From: Candidatus Eiseniibacteriota bacterium
Lineage (GTDB): Bacteria > Eisenbacteria > RBG-16-71-46
Reading direction: 5' to 3'
Assembly: GCA_041483195.1 (NCBI GenBank)
Contig: JBGPFC010000015.1
Location: 1 to 64,000 of the forward strand
Length of the DNA: 64,000 nt
Positions 1-7,349 of this stretch are shown here, piece by piece. Below the pieces are notes generated by a model that made no database searches, had not been told where the DNA came from, and saw nothing but the letters and a program-made list of their open reading frames with translations. Position 1 is the stretch's first letter. Each line of letters begins with the position of its first letter. The translations under genes and the position numbers were made by a program.

Positions 1-141
1 CGAACGGCCACGCTGGCGACCCGACGATCGGCATCCGCTCAAACGGCTCGCTCATCCCGAGGCGCTCGATCCGGAAACCCCCAACCGCACCCGGACAAAA
101 TCACTGCGGAGTTAACCGGACAGAATCACTGCGTGACAACA
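1..141 (+). mobile_element. 3' end of an IS1202/ISNCY (IS481-like) insertion sequence: transposase C-terminus plus terminal repeat
   Basis: Frame 2..115 reads ERPRWRPDDRHPLKR...* (resembles the PxxxHPW[KR] C-terminus of ISNCY transposases); two 18-bp direct repeats CCGGACA(A/G)AATCACTGCG at 91-108 and 116-133; element ends ...GACAACA (TGTTGTC on the other strand). Confidence 0.7.
91..133. repeat. Tandem 18-bp direct repeats (putative transposase-binding sites), 25-bp period
   Basis: CCGGACAAAATCACTGCG vs CCGGACAGAATCACTGCG, 17/18 identical. Confidence 0.9.
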
Positions 142-157
142 AGACGGGCGACCCGCG

Positions 158-185
158 TGTGGGACGTCAGTGAAAATGACACCCC
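158..185 (+). mobile_element. Orphan IS-end-like sequence
   Basis: TGTGGGACGT-CAGTGA-AAA-TGAC fits the same TGY-N7-CAGTGA-N3-TGWC pattern as the end at 141 and the copy at 2971. Confidence 0.5.
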
Positions 186-529
186 CTAACGCGTCTGGTA
201 AGCGGATCCACCTCGATGCCGTGCACGTCGGCTCCGAGACTCGCGAGCAGTCTCAGATGGCAGGCGGTGCCGTAGCCGAAGTCGGCGATTCGCCAGCCAC
301 GCACGTCCGAGAAGTCGTGCTCGGCGAGCAACTGCAGCGGCCGCACGCAGGCGAGCGGCGAGCCGTGGCGCGTGACGTAGTAGACGGTCTCGTCAATCGA
401 ACGGTGCCGCAGACGCGCGCGCGCCTCGGCGCGGAGCTCGTCGACCTCCGTGCTGTCGAGCCCGCCGGCGGCGGCGACGAGGGCGCCGGTGACGAGCAGC
501 AGCAGCACGAGTGGGATCAGACGACGCAT
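167..529 (-). pseudogene. Truncated secreted class I SAM-dependent methyltransferase
   Basis: Signal-peptide-like N-terminus; motif I IADFGYG and motif II GADVHGIEVDP; the frame then runs into the IS-end-like sequence and stops, so the rest of the Rossmann fold is missing. Confidence 0.65.
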
Positions 530-744
530 GTCAGCCTCGCGAGGGGAAGACGCGATCGGGCGCCGGCGCTCGCCCGAATCGTTGGGGCGTGTGCCCGGTC
601 ACCCCCGGCTGGCGACGCGCCGCATGATGCGCCAGCGCAATCGAGCGTAGCAGGTGCGAGGAGTGCGCCGATGGGGTTGCGAAGAGTGCGGCATCGCCGC
701 GCTCGACCCCGTGAGACGCGCTCCCGGCGCTCGGGGCTCCGCCG

Positions 745-2370
745 TCAGCGGCTGCCGCCGCCGGGACCCTCGCCGAGGATGGAATGGCTCCCGGCCAGCT
801 CGAGCTGACGCCCGACGGCCGCCCAGTCGCCGGCGAGCGGCCGGCCGTACCAGACTCGTAGTCGCGCGGCGGCGATATGCGCGCCGGCGATCCGAATCTT
901 GATCCGCCAGTCCGGGTCGAGACCCAGGTCCACGGTACGCGAATCGGCGAGCATGCCTCGGGTTCTCGCCAGCGCCCGATTGGCCATGATGCCAAACTCG
1001 CCGGACTCGCCCTCGGGGTGCTCGATGTCGAACACGGTGGCGAACGTCATGGGGTCCACGTGCAGACCGGGGGGGACACCGTGCACCTGGTCGTCGTAGC
1101 ACGACGCCACGACCAGCGGAGTGCCGCCGCGGGAGCGGCGCTGATTGATCTCGAAGGTGAATACCAGGTCATCGGTGATGACGAGGGCCGGCCGCCCGCC
1201 GGCCAACTCCTCGAGACGCGCGATGTACTCGTCGGGGTGATCGTTGAACTGACGCTTGGCCGTTCCGGTGCGCGCCACGAGATGCTGCGCGCCGAGGGCG
1301 ACCCAGGCGACCGCCACCAGGGTCGCGAACACGCGCCACGCACGTGCCCTCGCCCGCTCGGCGCCGGAGGCCAGCAGCAGTGCTACGAAGGGCACGAGCC
1401 CGATCAGGGAGTACGAGTGGCTGGCGACCCCCGATGCCACTTCTGAGGCCAGCATGAGCGCGAGGAAGGTGAGCAATGCCGCGAGCTCGCGCTCCGCGGG
1501 GGGATCCTGCGCGAGCTCGCGCCAACGCTCGGGGAGCCCGCGCAGGAAGAGCCCCGCTGCGGGCAGCACCAGGCCGAGCACGACCAGCGCCGCCATCGGG
1601 TGCCAGGGCAGGATCGCTTGGCCGATCGAGAGCGCGTACGCGCTGCGCGCCGCGGCCATGAGGAGCGGCGCCATGGTCCCATGCCCGGTGCGGATAACGT
1701 CGTGCGTGAGATGGCGGAGTTGCGGCGAGGCGACACCAGCCGCCACCACCCCCAGCGCGACGAGGCGCGCGAGGCTCACCCGCCCGGGTCCGTGGCGCAC
1801 GAGCCACGCCACGGCGAGACACGGCAGGAATAGCAGCGTGAGGTAGTCGTAGTAGACGAGCAGCCCGCCGGCCACCCCCAGCGCCACAGCGACGGGCCAC
1901 CGGGGCGCCGCATCGCGCCGTGCCGGGAGCAGGGCCGCCGAGACCATCGCCAGCGCCACGGACCACCAGATCGGGTACCAGCGGATCGAGCTGTTCCACA
2001 TCAGCGCCTGCGGATGCAGGAACGCCAGCGCCGCGAAGTCCGCGCGTCCCCACCCGCTCGCGAGCAGGCGCCGGGCGGAGAGCGTGAACCACAGGACGCC
2101 GGCCGACCAAATCGTCAGATGAACGGCGGCGAGTCCACGAGCCGATCCCACGACGAGAAGCAGGAGACGATCGAGCGCGTGGGCTCCCGGTGGGTGCCAG
2201 TCGCGCGTGTTGCCCCACGCCCACAGCACGCGCAGCGGCTTGTGGATGGTGCTGAGCGACATCCATTCGTCCTCGTAGATGTTGCGATAACGGAGGACGA
2301 TCAGCCCGAGCACGAAGCCGAGCAGGCCGAACAGCAGGACCGAGCTTCTGCCAGCAGTCTTAGAGCGCAT
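745..2370 (-). CDS. Multi-TM GT-C fold (PMT/GT39-like) glycosyltransferase
   Basis: N-terminal TM followed by YEDE acidic loop, HPP motif, IRWY motif and many TM helices; ATG at 2370 chosen over the longer ORF start. Confidence 0.7.
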   Translation of the reverse strand: MRSKTAGRSSVLLFGLLGFVLGLIVLRYRNIYEDEWMSLSTIHKPLRVLWAWGNTRDWHPPGAHALDRLLLLVVGSARGLAAVHLTIWSAGVLWFTLSARRLLASGWGRADFAALAFLHPQALMWNSSIRWYPIWWSVALAMVSAALLPARRDAAPRWPVAVALGVAGGLLVYYDYLTLLFLPCLAVAWLVRHGPGRVSLARLVALGVVAAGVASPQLRHLTHDVIRTGHGTMAPLLMAAARSAYALSIGQAILPWHPMAALVVLGLVLPAAGLFLRGLPERWRELAQDPPAERELAALLTFLALMLASEVASGVASHSYSLIGLVPFVALLLASGAERARARAWRVFATLVAVAWVALGAQHLVARTGTAKRQFNDHPDEYIARLEELAGGRPALVITDDLVFTFEINQRRSRGGTPLVVASCYDDQVHGVPPGLHVDPMTFATVFDIEHPEGESGEFGIMANRALARTRGMLADSRTVDLGLDPDWRIKIRIAGAHIAAARLRVWYGRPLAGDWAAVGRQLELAGSHSILGEGPGGGSR

Positions 2371-2575
2371 GCGCGCGCGCCCGGCCGGCGATCGTGCCGG
2401 ACGGAACGGGCTTCGAGAAGGTGCGGGTCCCGGGCAACACGGTCTCCGCAGGCGAGCGGTGAATCGACGAGGCGCACACGTTAGGCCCCACCCCCCCCGC
2501 GAGTCAATGGATACGGGCCGAGGCGTCTGGTCACGGGATAGGCGCGCGGCTGGCCTCGGGCCACGGCCCAACTAA

Positions 2576-2635
2576 CTCAAAGCGGATCGCTTCCATCGGG
2601 TCGAGACTAAACGCACGCATCGCCGGGTAGACGCC
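2576..2635 (-). pseudogene. C-terminal fragment of a MacB/FtsX-type ABC permease
   Basis: Minus strand reads GVYPAMRAFSLDPMEAIRFE, the typical GxYPAxRAxxLDPxEAxRxE end of these permeases; no upstream gene body. Confidence 0.65.
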
Positions 2636-2816
2636 TCAGGACCAGCCGGCCGCGGCGCGCGGCGCTCCCGCCGTGCGCCGCGACGACGTCGACGCGTCCT
2701 TTGACTCCGGCGATGAGCGCGAAGGGATCGGATTCGCCGGCCGTGGCGGCCGCGACCGGAAGCATCGCGAGGACGGCGATCCCCGCGATGAAACGACAGT
2801 TGAGCCCGATCGACAT
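2636..2816 (-). pseudogene. N-terminal fragment of a secreted protein (possibly FecR-like)
   Basis: GGAGG RBS plus ATG; signal peptide MSIGLNCRFIAGIAVLAMLPVAAATA, then IAGVKGRVDVV; coding sense is lost at the junction with the permease fragment. Confidence 0.45.
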
Positions 2817-2970
2817 GCGAACCTCCGGGGGTCCTGGACGCAGAGTCACATGTGATGGCCGTCGTAGCCTGCGCGCGACGCGTTCGGGCTCCAAGTGAAG
2901 AGGGGATGGAGCCGGTTCGCAGGGGACCCAAGCCGCATGCCGCGTTTCGTGCAACGATCCTGCGCTCGCG

Positions 2971-3017
2971 TGCGGGCCGTCAGTGAAAATGTCCGGGTCA
3001 ACTCGGCTGTGATCCGG
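2971..3017 (+). mobile_element. Degenerate orphan IS1202-like end
   Basis: TGCGGGCCGTCAGTGAAAATGTCCGGGTCAACTCGGCTGTGA aligns with the reverse complement of 91-141 (TGTTGTCACGCAGTGATTCTGTCCGGTTAACTCCGCAGTGA), including the spacer and second repeat. Confidence 0.6.
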
Positions 3018-3062
3018 CTTGGGGCATGGGCAACTAGACGATGGCGCGCGGTTCGGGGCCGC

Positions 3063-3105
3063 AAAAAAGGAGGCCTTGCGTCCGCTGTCATGGCTTTGCT
3101 AACCT
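3063..3105 (+). promoter_or_regulatory. Sigma70-type promoter
   Basis: A-tract 3063-3068, -35 TTGCGT 3076-3081, 18-bp spacer, extended -10 TGcTAACCT 3097-3105. Confidence 0.55.
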
Positions 3106-3111
3106 CATCTG

Positions 3112-3370
3112 TGTCGCGCCGCACTCTCCGCTTCGGGCCCGGGGACAGACCATCGGCCACTTGCTAACTGGGTGTGTTGGGAAGAACGAGCCAACAACAC
3201 TGGGTCGCCAGCGGCGACCAGGCGGCCTGGCCGCAATGCCAGGATGCATCCGAGGTCTGACACCTTGTTGTTTCCCCTGCTGCACGTGCTCGAGGCGTCC
3301 TCGACCCAGTTCGCGCGGATGAAGCGAGAGCTTTAAGCCGGGGGGAAGCGTCTTCCTCTCGGCTTTTTGT
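3112..3370 (+). ncRNA. Putative structured leader RNA or sRNA of unknown family
   Basis: Lies between a promoter and a terminator; has several complementary segments (see findings); no convincing ORF. Confidence 0.5.
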
Positions 3371-3371
3371 T
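3335..3371 (+). terminator. Intrinsic terminator just upstream of the glycan operon
   Basis: 14-bp stem AAGCCGGGGGGAAG/CTTCCTCTCGGCTT (2 G-U pairs), CGT loop, followed by TTTGTT. Confidence 0.8.
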
Positions 3372-3400
3372 CACGGGCAGCACAACAGAGAGCGGCGACG

Positions 3401-4351
3401 ATGGAGCCCGATATCCTCGCAACCCCCAGCGACGGGGCGACCGGAAGCGCGGTGCGGCCCCCGGCAACGGATTCGGTTCGAATGGACGTATTGGATCACC
3501 ACAGCGCGACCGCCGCACCCGCCCCATCGACCACGACGTCGCAGAATTCCGCCCCGTTCCCGGTGCGTCAGGATTCGGGCAGCGGGCAGATGAACGGTCA
3601 CGCCATGTCCAACGGTCACGCCCGCCACTACGTCAACGGGATGAATGGCGGCTCCAATGGCCTGTCGATGCACGCCGGCCGTCCGGCCCCCGGTTCCGGA
3701 AGCGCCGCCGCCGCGACGCTCGTGCCGCTCGAGGCTCGCGCCGAGAGCCTGTACCTCCGCTTCGGCAAGCGCGCATTCGATGTCGTTGGCGCGGTGATCG
3801 CGCTGATCGTCACCGCTCCGCTCATGCTGCTGATCTCGATCGCGATCAAGCTCGAGTCGAACGGCCCGGTGCTGTATCGCTCGACGCGCATCGGGCGCGG
3901 CGGGAGGCCCTTCACCTTCCTCAAGCTGCGCTCGATGGTTCACGGCGCCGACCGTCACCGCCAGCACCTGAATCACCTGAACGAGGCCGACGGACCGGTG
4001 TTCAAGATCAGCAGGGATCCGCGCGTGACGCGCGTCGGCCGCCTGCTGCGCGTGCTGAGCATCGACGAGATCCCGCAGTTCCTGAACGTGCTGCGCGGCG
4101 AGATGAGCCTGGTGGGCCCGCGCCCCCCGATTCCCGAGGAAGTGAGGCAATACGAGCCATGGCAGCTGCGCCGGCTCGACGTGCGTCCCGGTATCACCTG
4201 CCTGTGGCAGATCAGCGGCCGCAGCCGCATCGGATTCCAGGAGTGGATGCGCCTCGACCTGGAATACATTCGCAACCAGTCCTTCACGCTGGACCTCAAG
4301 ATCCTGCTGCGCACCATTCCCGCCGTTCTGTCCCGGGAGGGCGCGTACTGA
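3401..4351 (+). CDS. Priming sugar transferase (polyprenyl-phosphate glycosylphosphotransferase, Bac_transf family)
   Basis: KRAFD, DPRVTRVG, SIDEIPQFLNVLRGEMSLVGPRP, PGITCLWQISGRS motifs. Confidence 0.93.
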   Translation: MEPDILATPSDGATGSAVRPPATDSVRMDVLDHHSATAAPAPSTTTSQNSAPFPVRQDSGSGQMNGHAMSNGHARHYVNGMNGGSNGLSMHAGRPAPGSGSAAAATLVPLEARAESLYLRFGKRAFDVVGAVIALIVTAPLMLLISIAIKLESNGPVLYRSTRIGRGGRPFTFLKLRSMVHGADRHRQHLNHLNEADGPVFKISRDPRVTRVGRLLRVLSIDEIPQFLNVLRGEMSLVGPRPPIPEEVRQYEPWQLRRLDVRPGITCLWQISGRSRIGFQEWMRLDLEYIRNQSFTLDLKILLRTIPAVLSREGAY

Positions 4352-5949
4352 CGGGAGCCCACACGAGCTCGACCAGTCGCTCTCGATCCCGGCCGGATCC
4401 CGCACCGCCCACCACCTCGCACGCCGCATCGGCAACCGTCTGGAACGTCGTCGCCGCGACCGTTCTGGCCGTCGCGCTGCGCGGATTCCACATCGGGCGG
4501 CAGAGCCTCTGGATCGACGAGATCCTGACCTGGTATTCCGCCGGGATCGGGAGCCGCATGGCGTTGCGCGATCTGCTGGACAACGTTCACGGGCCGCTCT
4601 ACGGGCTGCTGCTCCACGTGTGGGGCGGGTTCGCGGGGGATTCCGAATGGTCGCTGCGCGCCCCGTCCGCGCTGTGCGGCGTGGCGATGGTTCCGGCCAT
4701 GGCCTGGCTCGCCGCGCGCTGGCTGGGACGCAAGGGCGCGACCCCCGCCGCGTGGCTCACGGCGGGCTCGCCGTTCCTGGTGTGGTACTCGCAGGAGGCG
4801 CGGAACTACTCGATGCTGATGCTGTGCGTGACGCTCTCCGGCGCGGCGTTGCTCGAGCTGAGGCGCACCCCGGGCGCGCGCGGACTCGCGGGCTACCTGC
4901 TCGCCGCCGGGGCGGGCATGCTCTCGAACTTCTCGTTCGCGCTGATCGCCCCGCTCCACCTGCGCTGGTGGATCGCCGGAAAGGAGGGCCGGTCGCGGCG
5001 CCTCGCGCTGCTCGGCGCGGCACTGGTCGCGCTCACGCTGGCCGTGACGCCATGGGTCCCGCAGGTCGCGCGCATCTGGGACTGGCAGCGGCTCCATCCG
5101 GGACGCACGGCCGGCGCGAACGAAGCGCCGCTGCGCGGGGCCACGCTGCTGCATCCGGCCGCGGCTCCGTATGCGCTGTACACGTTCGCGGCGGGATACA
5201 CGCTCGGCCCGTCGCTTCGCGAGCTGCGCGCCGACTCGGGAGCGCGCACCATCGCCCGGCACGCGCCGGCGGTGCTCGCGACGGTGCTGGTGTTCGGCGC
5301 GCTCGGCCTGCTCGGCCTCGCCGCGCTGCAGCGCCGTGGGCGGCTGACCGACGCGCTGATGTGGCTGGTGATTCCGATCGGCGCGGTGAGCTACTTCGCC
5401 TTTCAGAACTTCAAGGTGTTCCATCCCCGCTACCTGGCCGTCTCGTTCCCCTGCTGCCTGCTGGTGATGGCTGCCGGGCTCGCGGACCTGCGCCCGCGCG
5501 CGCGCGTGCTCGCGGCGCTCGCGATCGGCATACTATGGCTGGTGTCGCTCCAGCACCTGTACTTCGACCCGCGCTACGGCAAGGAAGACTATCGCGGCGC
5601 CGCCGCGCTGGTGCGCGCGCGGGGCATGGCCGGCGAAAGGCTGCTGGCGGTGAACACCGAGGATCCGATGGTCTACTACTATCGTGGCCCGCTCCCGAAG
5701 GCGCGGTTCTGGCTCGGCCTGGTGTCGCGCCCTCAGCGCATGGAGGAGAAGTTCGACGAGGCGCTCGCCGGCGCGAGTGGCGCGTGGGTGGTGCTGAGCA
5801 GGCCCGAGGATCTCGATCCGGGCGGGGTATTCGTGAAGTTCATCGAGCGGCGTTATCCGACCGCGGAGCGCGTCGCGCTCGAGGGCGTGCGGGTGTGGCA
5901 CATTCGGCTCGAGGGCGGCGCGCCCGCGCGCGCGGCCTCTGGCACCTGA
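4348..5949 (+). CDS. GT39/PMT-like (GT-C) membrane glycosyltransferase; probable CTG start
   Basis: QSLWIDE, HGPLY, EWSLRAPS, WYSQEARNYS motifs; GGGAGGG RBS then CTG overlapping the upstream TGA. Confidence 0.85.
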   Translation: MTGAHTSSTSRSRSRPDPAPPTTSHAASATVWNVVAATVLAVALRGFHIGRQSLWIDEILTWYSAGIGSRMALRDLLDNVHGPLYGLLLHVWGGFAGDSEWSLRAPSALCGVAMVPAMAWLAARWLGRKGATPAAWLTAGSPFLVWYSQEARNYSMLMLCVTLSGAALLELRRTPGARGLAGYLLAAGAGMLSNFSFALIAPLHLRWWIAGKEGRSRRLALLGAALVALTLAVTPWVPQVARIWDWQRLHPGRTAGANEAPLRGATLLHPAAAPYALYTFAAGYTLGPSLRELRADSGARTIARHAPAVLATVLVFGALGLLGLAALQRRGRLTDALMWLVIPIGAVSYFAFQNFKVFHPRYLAVSFPCCLLVMAAGLADLRPRARVLAALAIGILWLVSLQHLYFDPRYGKEDYRGAAALVRARGMAGERLLAVNTEDPMVYYYRGPLPKARFWLGLVSRPQRMEEKFDEALAGASGAWVVLSRPEDLDPGGVFVKFIERRYPTAERVALEGVRVWHIRLEGGAPARAASGT

Positions 5950-6032
5950 TTTCAATCCGGGTCGCGTGACCCGGCGTGGAGCGGCGCGACGGCGCCGCTG
6001 CGCACGCCGGACGCGGCCCACGGGAGAGTCGC

Positions 6033-7349
6033 ATGCAAGTGGTCGTCGTGGGGCTGGGATACGTGGGGTCGGTGTGTTCGGCCTGTCTTGCGAGCCGCGG
6101 GCACCGAGTGGTCGGGGTCGACGTCAGCGCCTTCAAGGTGGAGGCGATCGAGAGCGGCCGCAGCCCGATCGTCGAGAACGGTCTCGATGCGATGATCGCC
6201 GACGCCCGCGCGCGCGGGTCGCTGCGCGCTACGACCCGCATCGCCGACGCGATGGCGGCGGCCGAGCTCGTGCTGCTGTGCGTGGGAACCCCGAGCGGTC
6301 CAGACGGCGCCCTCCAGCTCGAGCACGTGAAGCGTGCGGCGCACGAGGTGGGCGAGGCGCTGCGGCTTTCCGGCACGTTCACCACCGTCGTGATGCGCAG
6401 CACCATGCTCCCGGGCAGCGTCGAGGCGCAGATCGTTCCGGCGCTGGAGGCCGCGTCCGGCAAGCGCGCGCGAGTCGACTTCGGGGTCGCATACAATCCC
6501 GAGTTCCTGCGGGAGGGCTCGGCGGTGGCTGACTTCTTCGGAGCGGAGATCACCGTGGTGGGGGCGAGCGACGAGCGGAGCGCGGCGGCGGTGCGCACGC
6601 TCTACGACGGCGTGGGAGGAGAGCTGGTCGTGACCTCGATCCGTACCGCCGAGATGCTCAAGTACGTGAACAACGCCTATCACGCGCTCAAGGTGTCGTT
6701 CGCGAACGAGGTGGGCCGCTGGGCGCGCATCGAGGGCGTGGACAGCCACGAGGTCATGGCGCTGTTCTGCCGCGACACGCGCCTCAATCTCGGCGCCAGC
6801 TACCTGAAGCCCGGATTCGCGTTCGGGGGCTCGTGTCTGCCCAAGGACCTGCGCGCGCTCAATCAGCGCGCACGCCACCACGACCTCGAGCTGCCGGTGC
6901 TCGCGTCCATCATGCGCTCGAACGACCGCCACGTGGAGGAGGCGATCCAGCTCATCGAGCGGCTCAAGAAGCGCCGCATCGGGGTGCTCGGGCTCTCGTT
7001 CAAGGCGGAGACCGATGACCTGCGAGAGAGCCCCATCCTGCGCGTGGTCGGCGCGCTGGTCGGGAAGGGCTACGGCGTGCTGCTCCACGATCCCAACATC
7101 GACATGGAGCGCGTCCTCGGAGCGAACCGGCGGTTCGTCGAGGACGAGGTGCCCTACCTGCCCGAGCGCCTGCGCGCCACCGTCGAGGAGGTGGTGAAGG
7201 GGAGTGAGGTGATCGTGGTGGCGAACGGCGCGAAGGAATTTCGCGGCGTGGGGGCGATGCTGAAGCCCGGGCAGGCGCTGGTGGATCTGGTGCACGCCGT
7301 GGATCGCGCGAGCGTCATCGCCGGGGAGTACCATGGCCTCGCGTGGTAG
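6033..7349 (+). CDS. GDP-mannose 6-dehydrogenase (AlgD-like) / nucleotide-sugar dehydrogenase
   Basis: GLGYVG, NPEFLREG, YLKPGFAFGGSCLPKD, GLSFKAETDDLRESP; AlgD-like C-terminus. Confidence 0.9.
   Translation: MQVVVVGLGYVGSVCSACLASRGHRVVGVDVSAFKVEAIESGRSPIVENGLDAMIADARARGSLRATTRIADAMAAAELVLLCVGTPSGPDGALQLEHVKRAAHEVGEALRLSGTFTTVVMRSTMLPGSVEAQIVPALEAASGKRARVDFGVAYNPEFLREGSAVADFFGAEITVVGASDERSAAAVRTLYDGVGGELVVTSIRTAEMLKYVNNAYHALKVSFANEVGRWARIEGVDSHEVMALFCRDTRLNLGASYLKPGFAFGGSCLPKDLRALNQRARHHDLELPVLASIMRSNDRHVEEAIQLIERLKKRRIGVLGLSFKAETDDLRESPILRVVGALVGKGYGVLLHDPNIDMERVLGANRRFVEDEVPYLPERLRATVEEVVKGSEVIVVANGAKEFRGVGAMLKPGQALVDLVHAVDRASVIAGEYHGLAW

Noticed and set aside
3238..3336. Small ORFs inside the leader (Cys-rich MPGCIRGLTPCCFPCCTCS... 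and MHPRSDTLLFPLLHVLEASSTQFARMKREL)
   Set aside because: No clear RBS and atypical codon usage; the base-pairing pattern explains the region better. A leader peptide cannot be fully excluded.
2971..3387. Possible ~417-bp MITE bounded by the 2971 end and CACAACA at 3381-3387
   Set aside because: The right side matches only TGTTGT, with shifted spacing and no TGTCC; no target duplication in the flanks
3367..4347. N-terminal half of the 860-aa ORF (and similar extensions at 7398, 8309, 9811, 10815, 15000, 16934, 24440, 29802)
   Set aside because: Stop-free alternative frames overlapping real upstream genes; true starts lie at the stop/start overlaps
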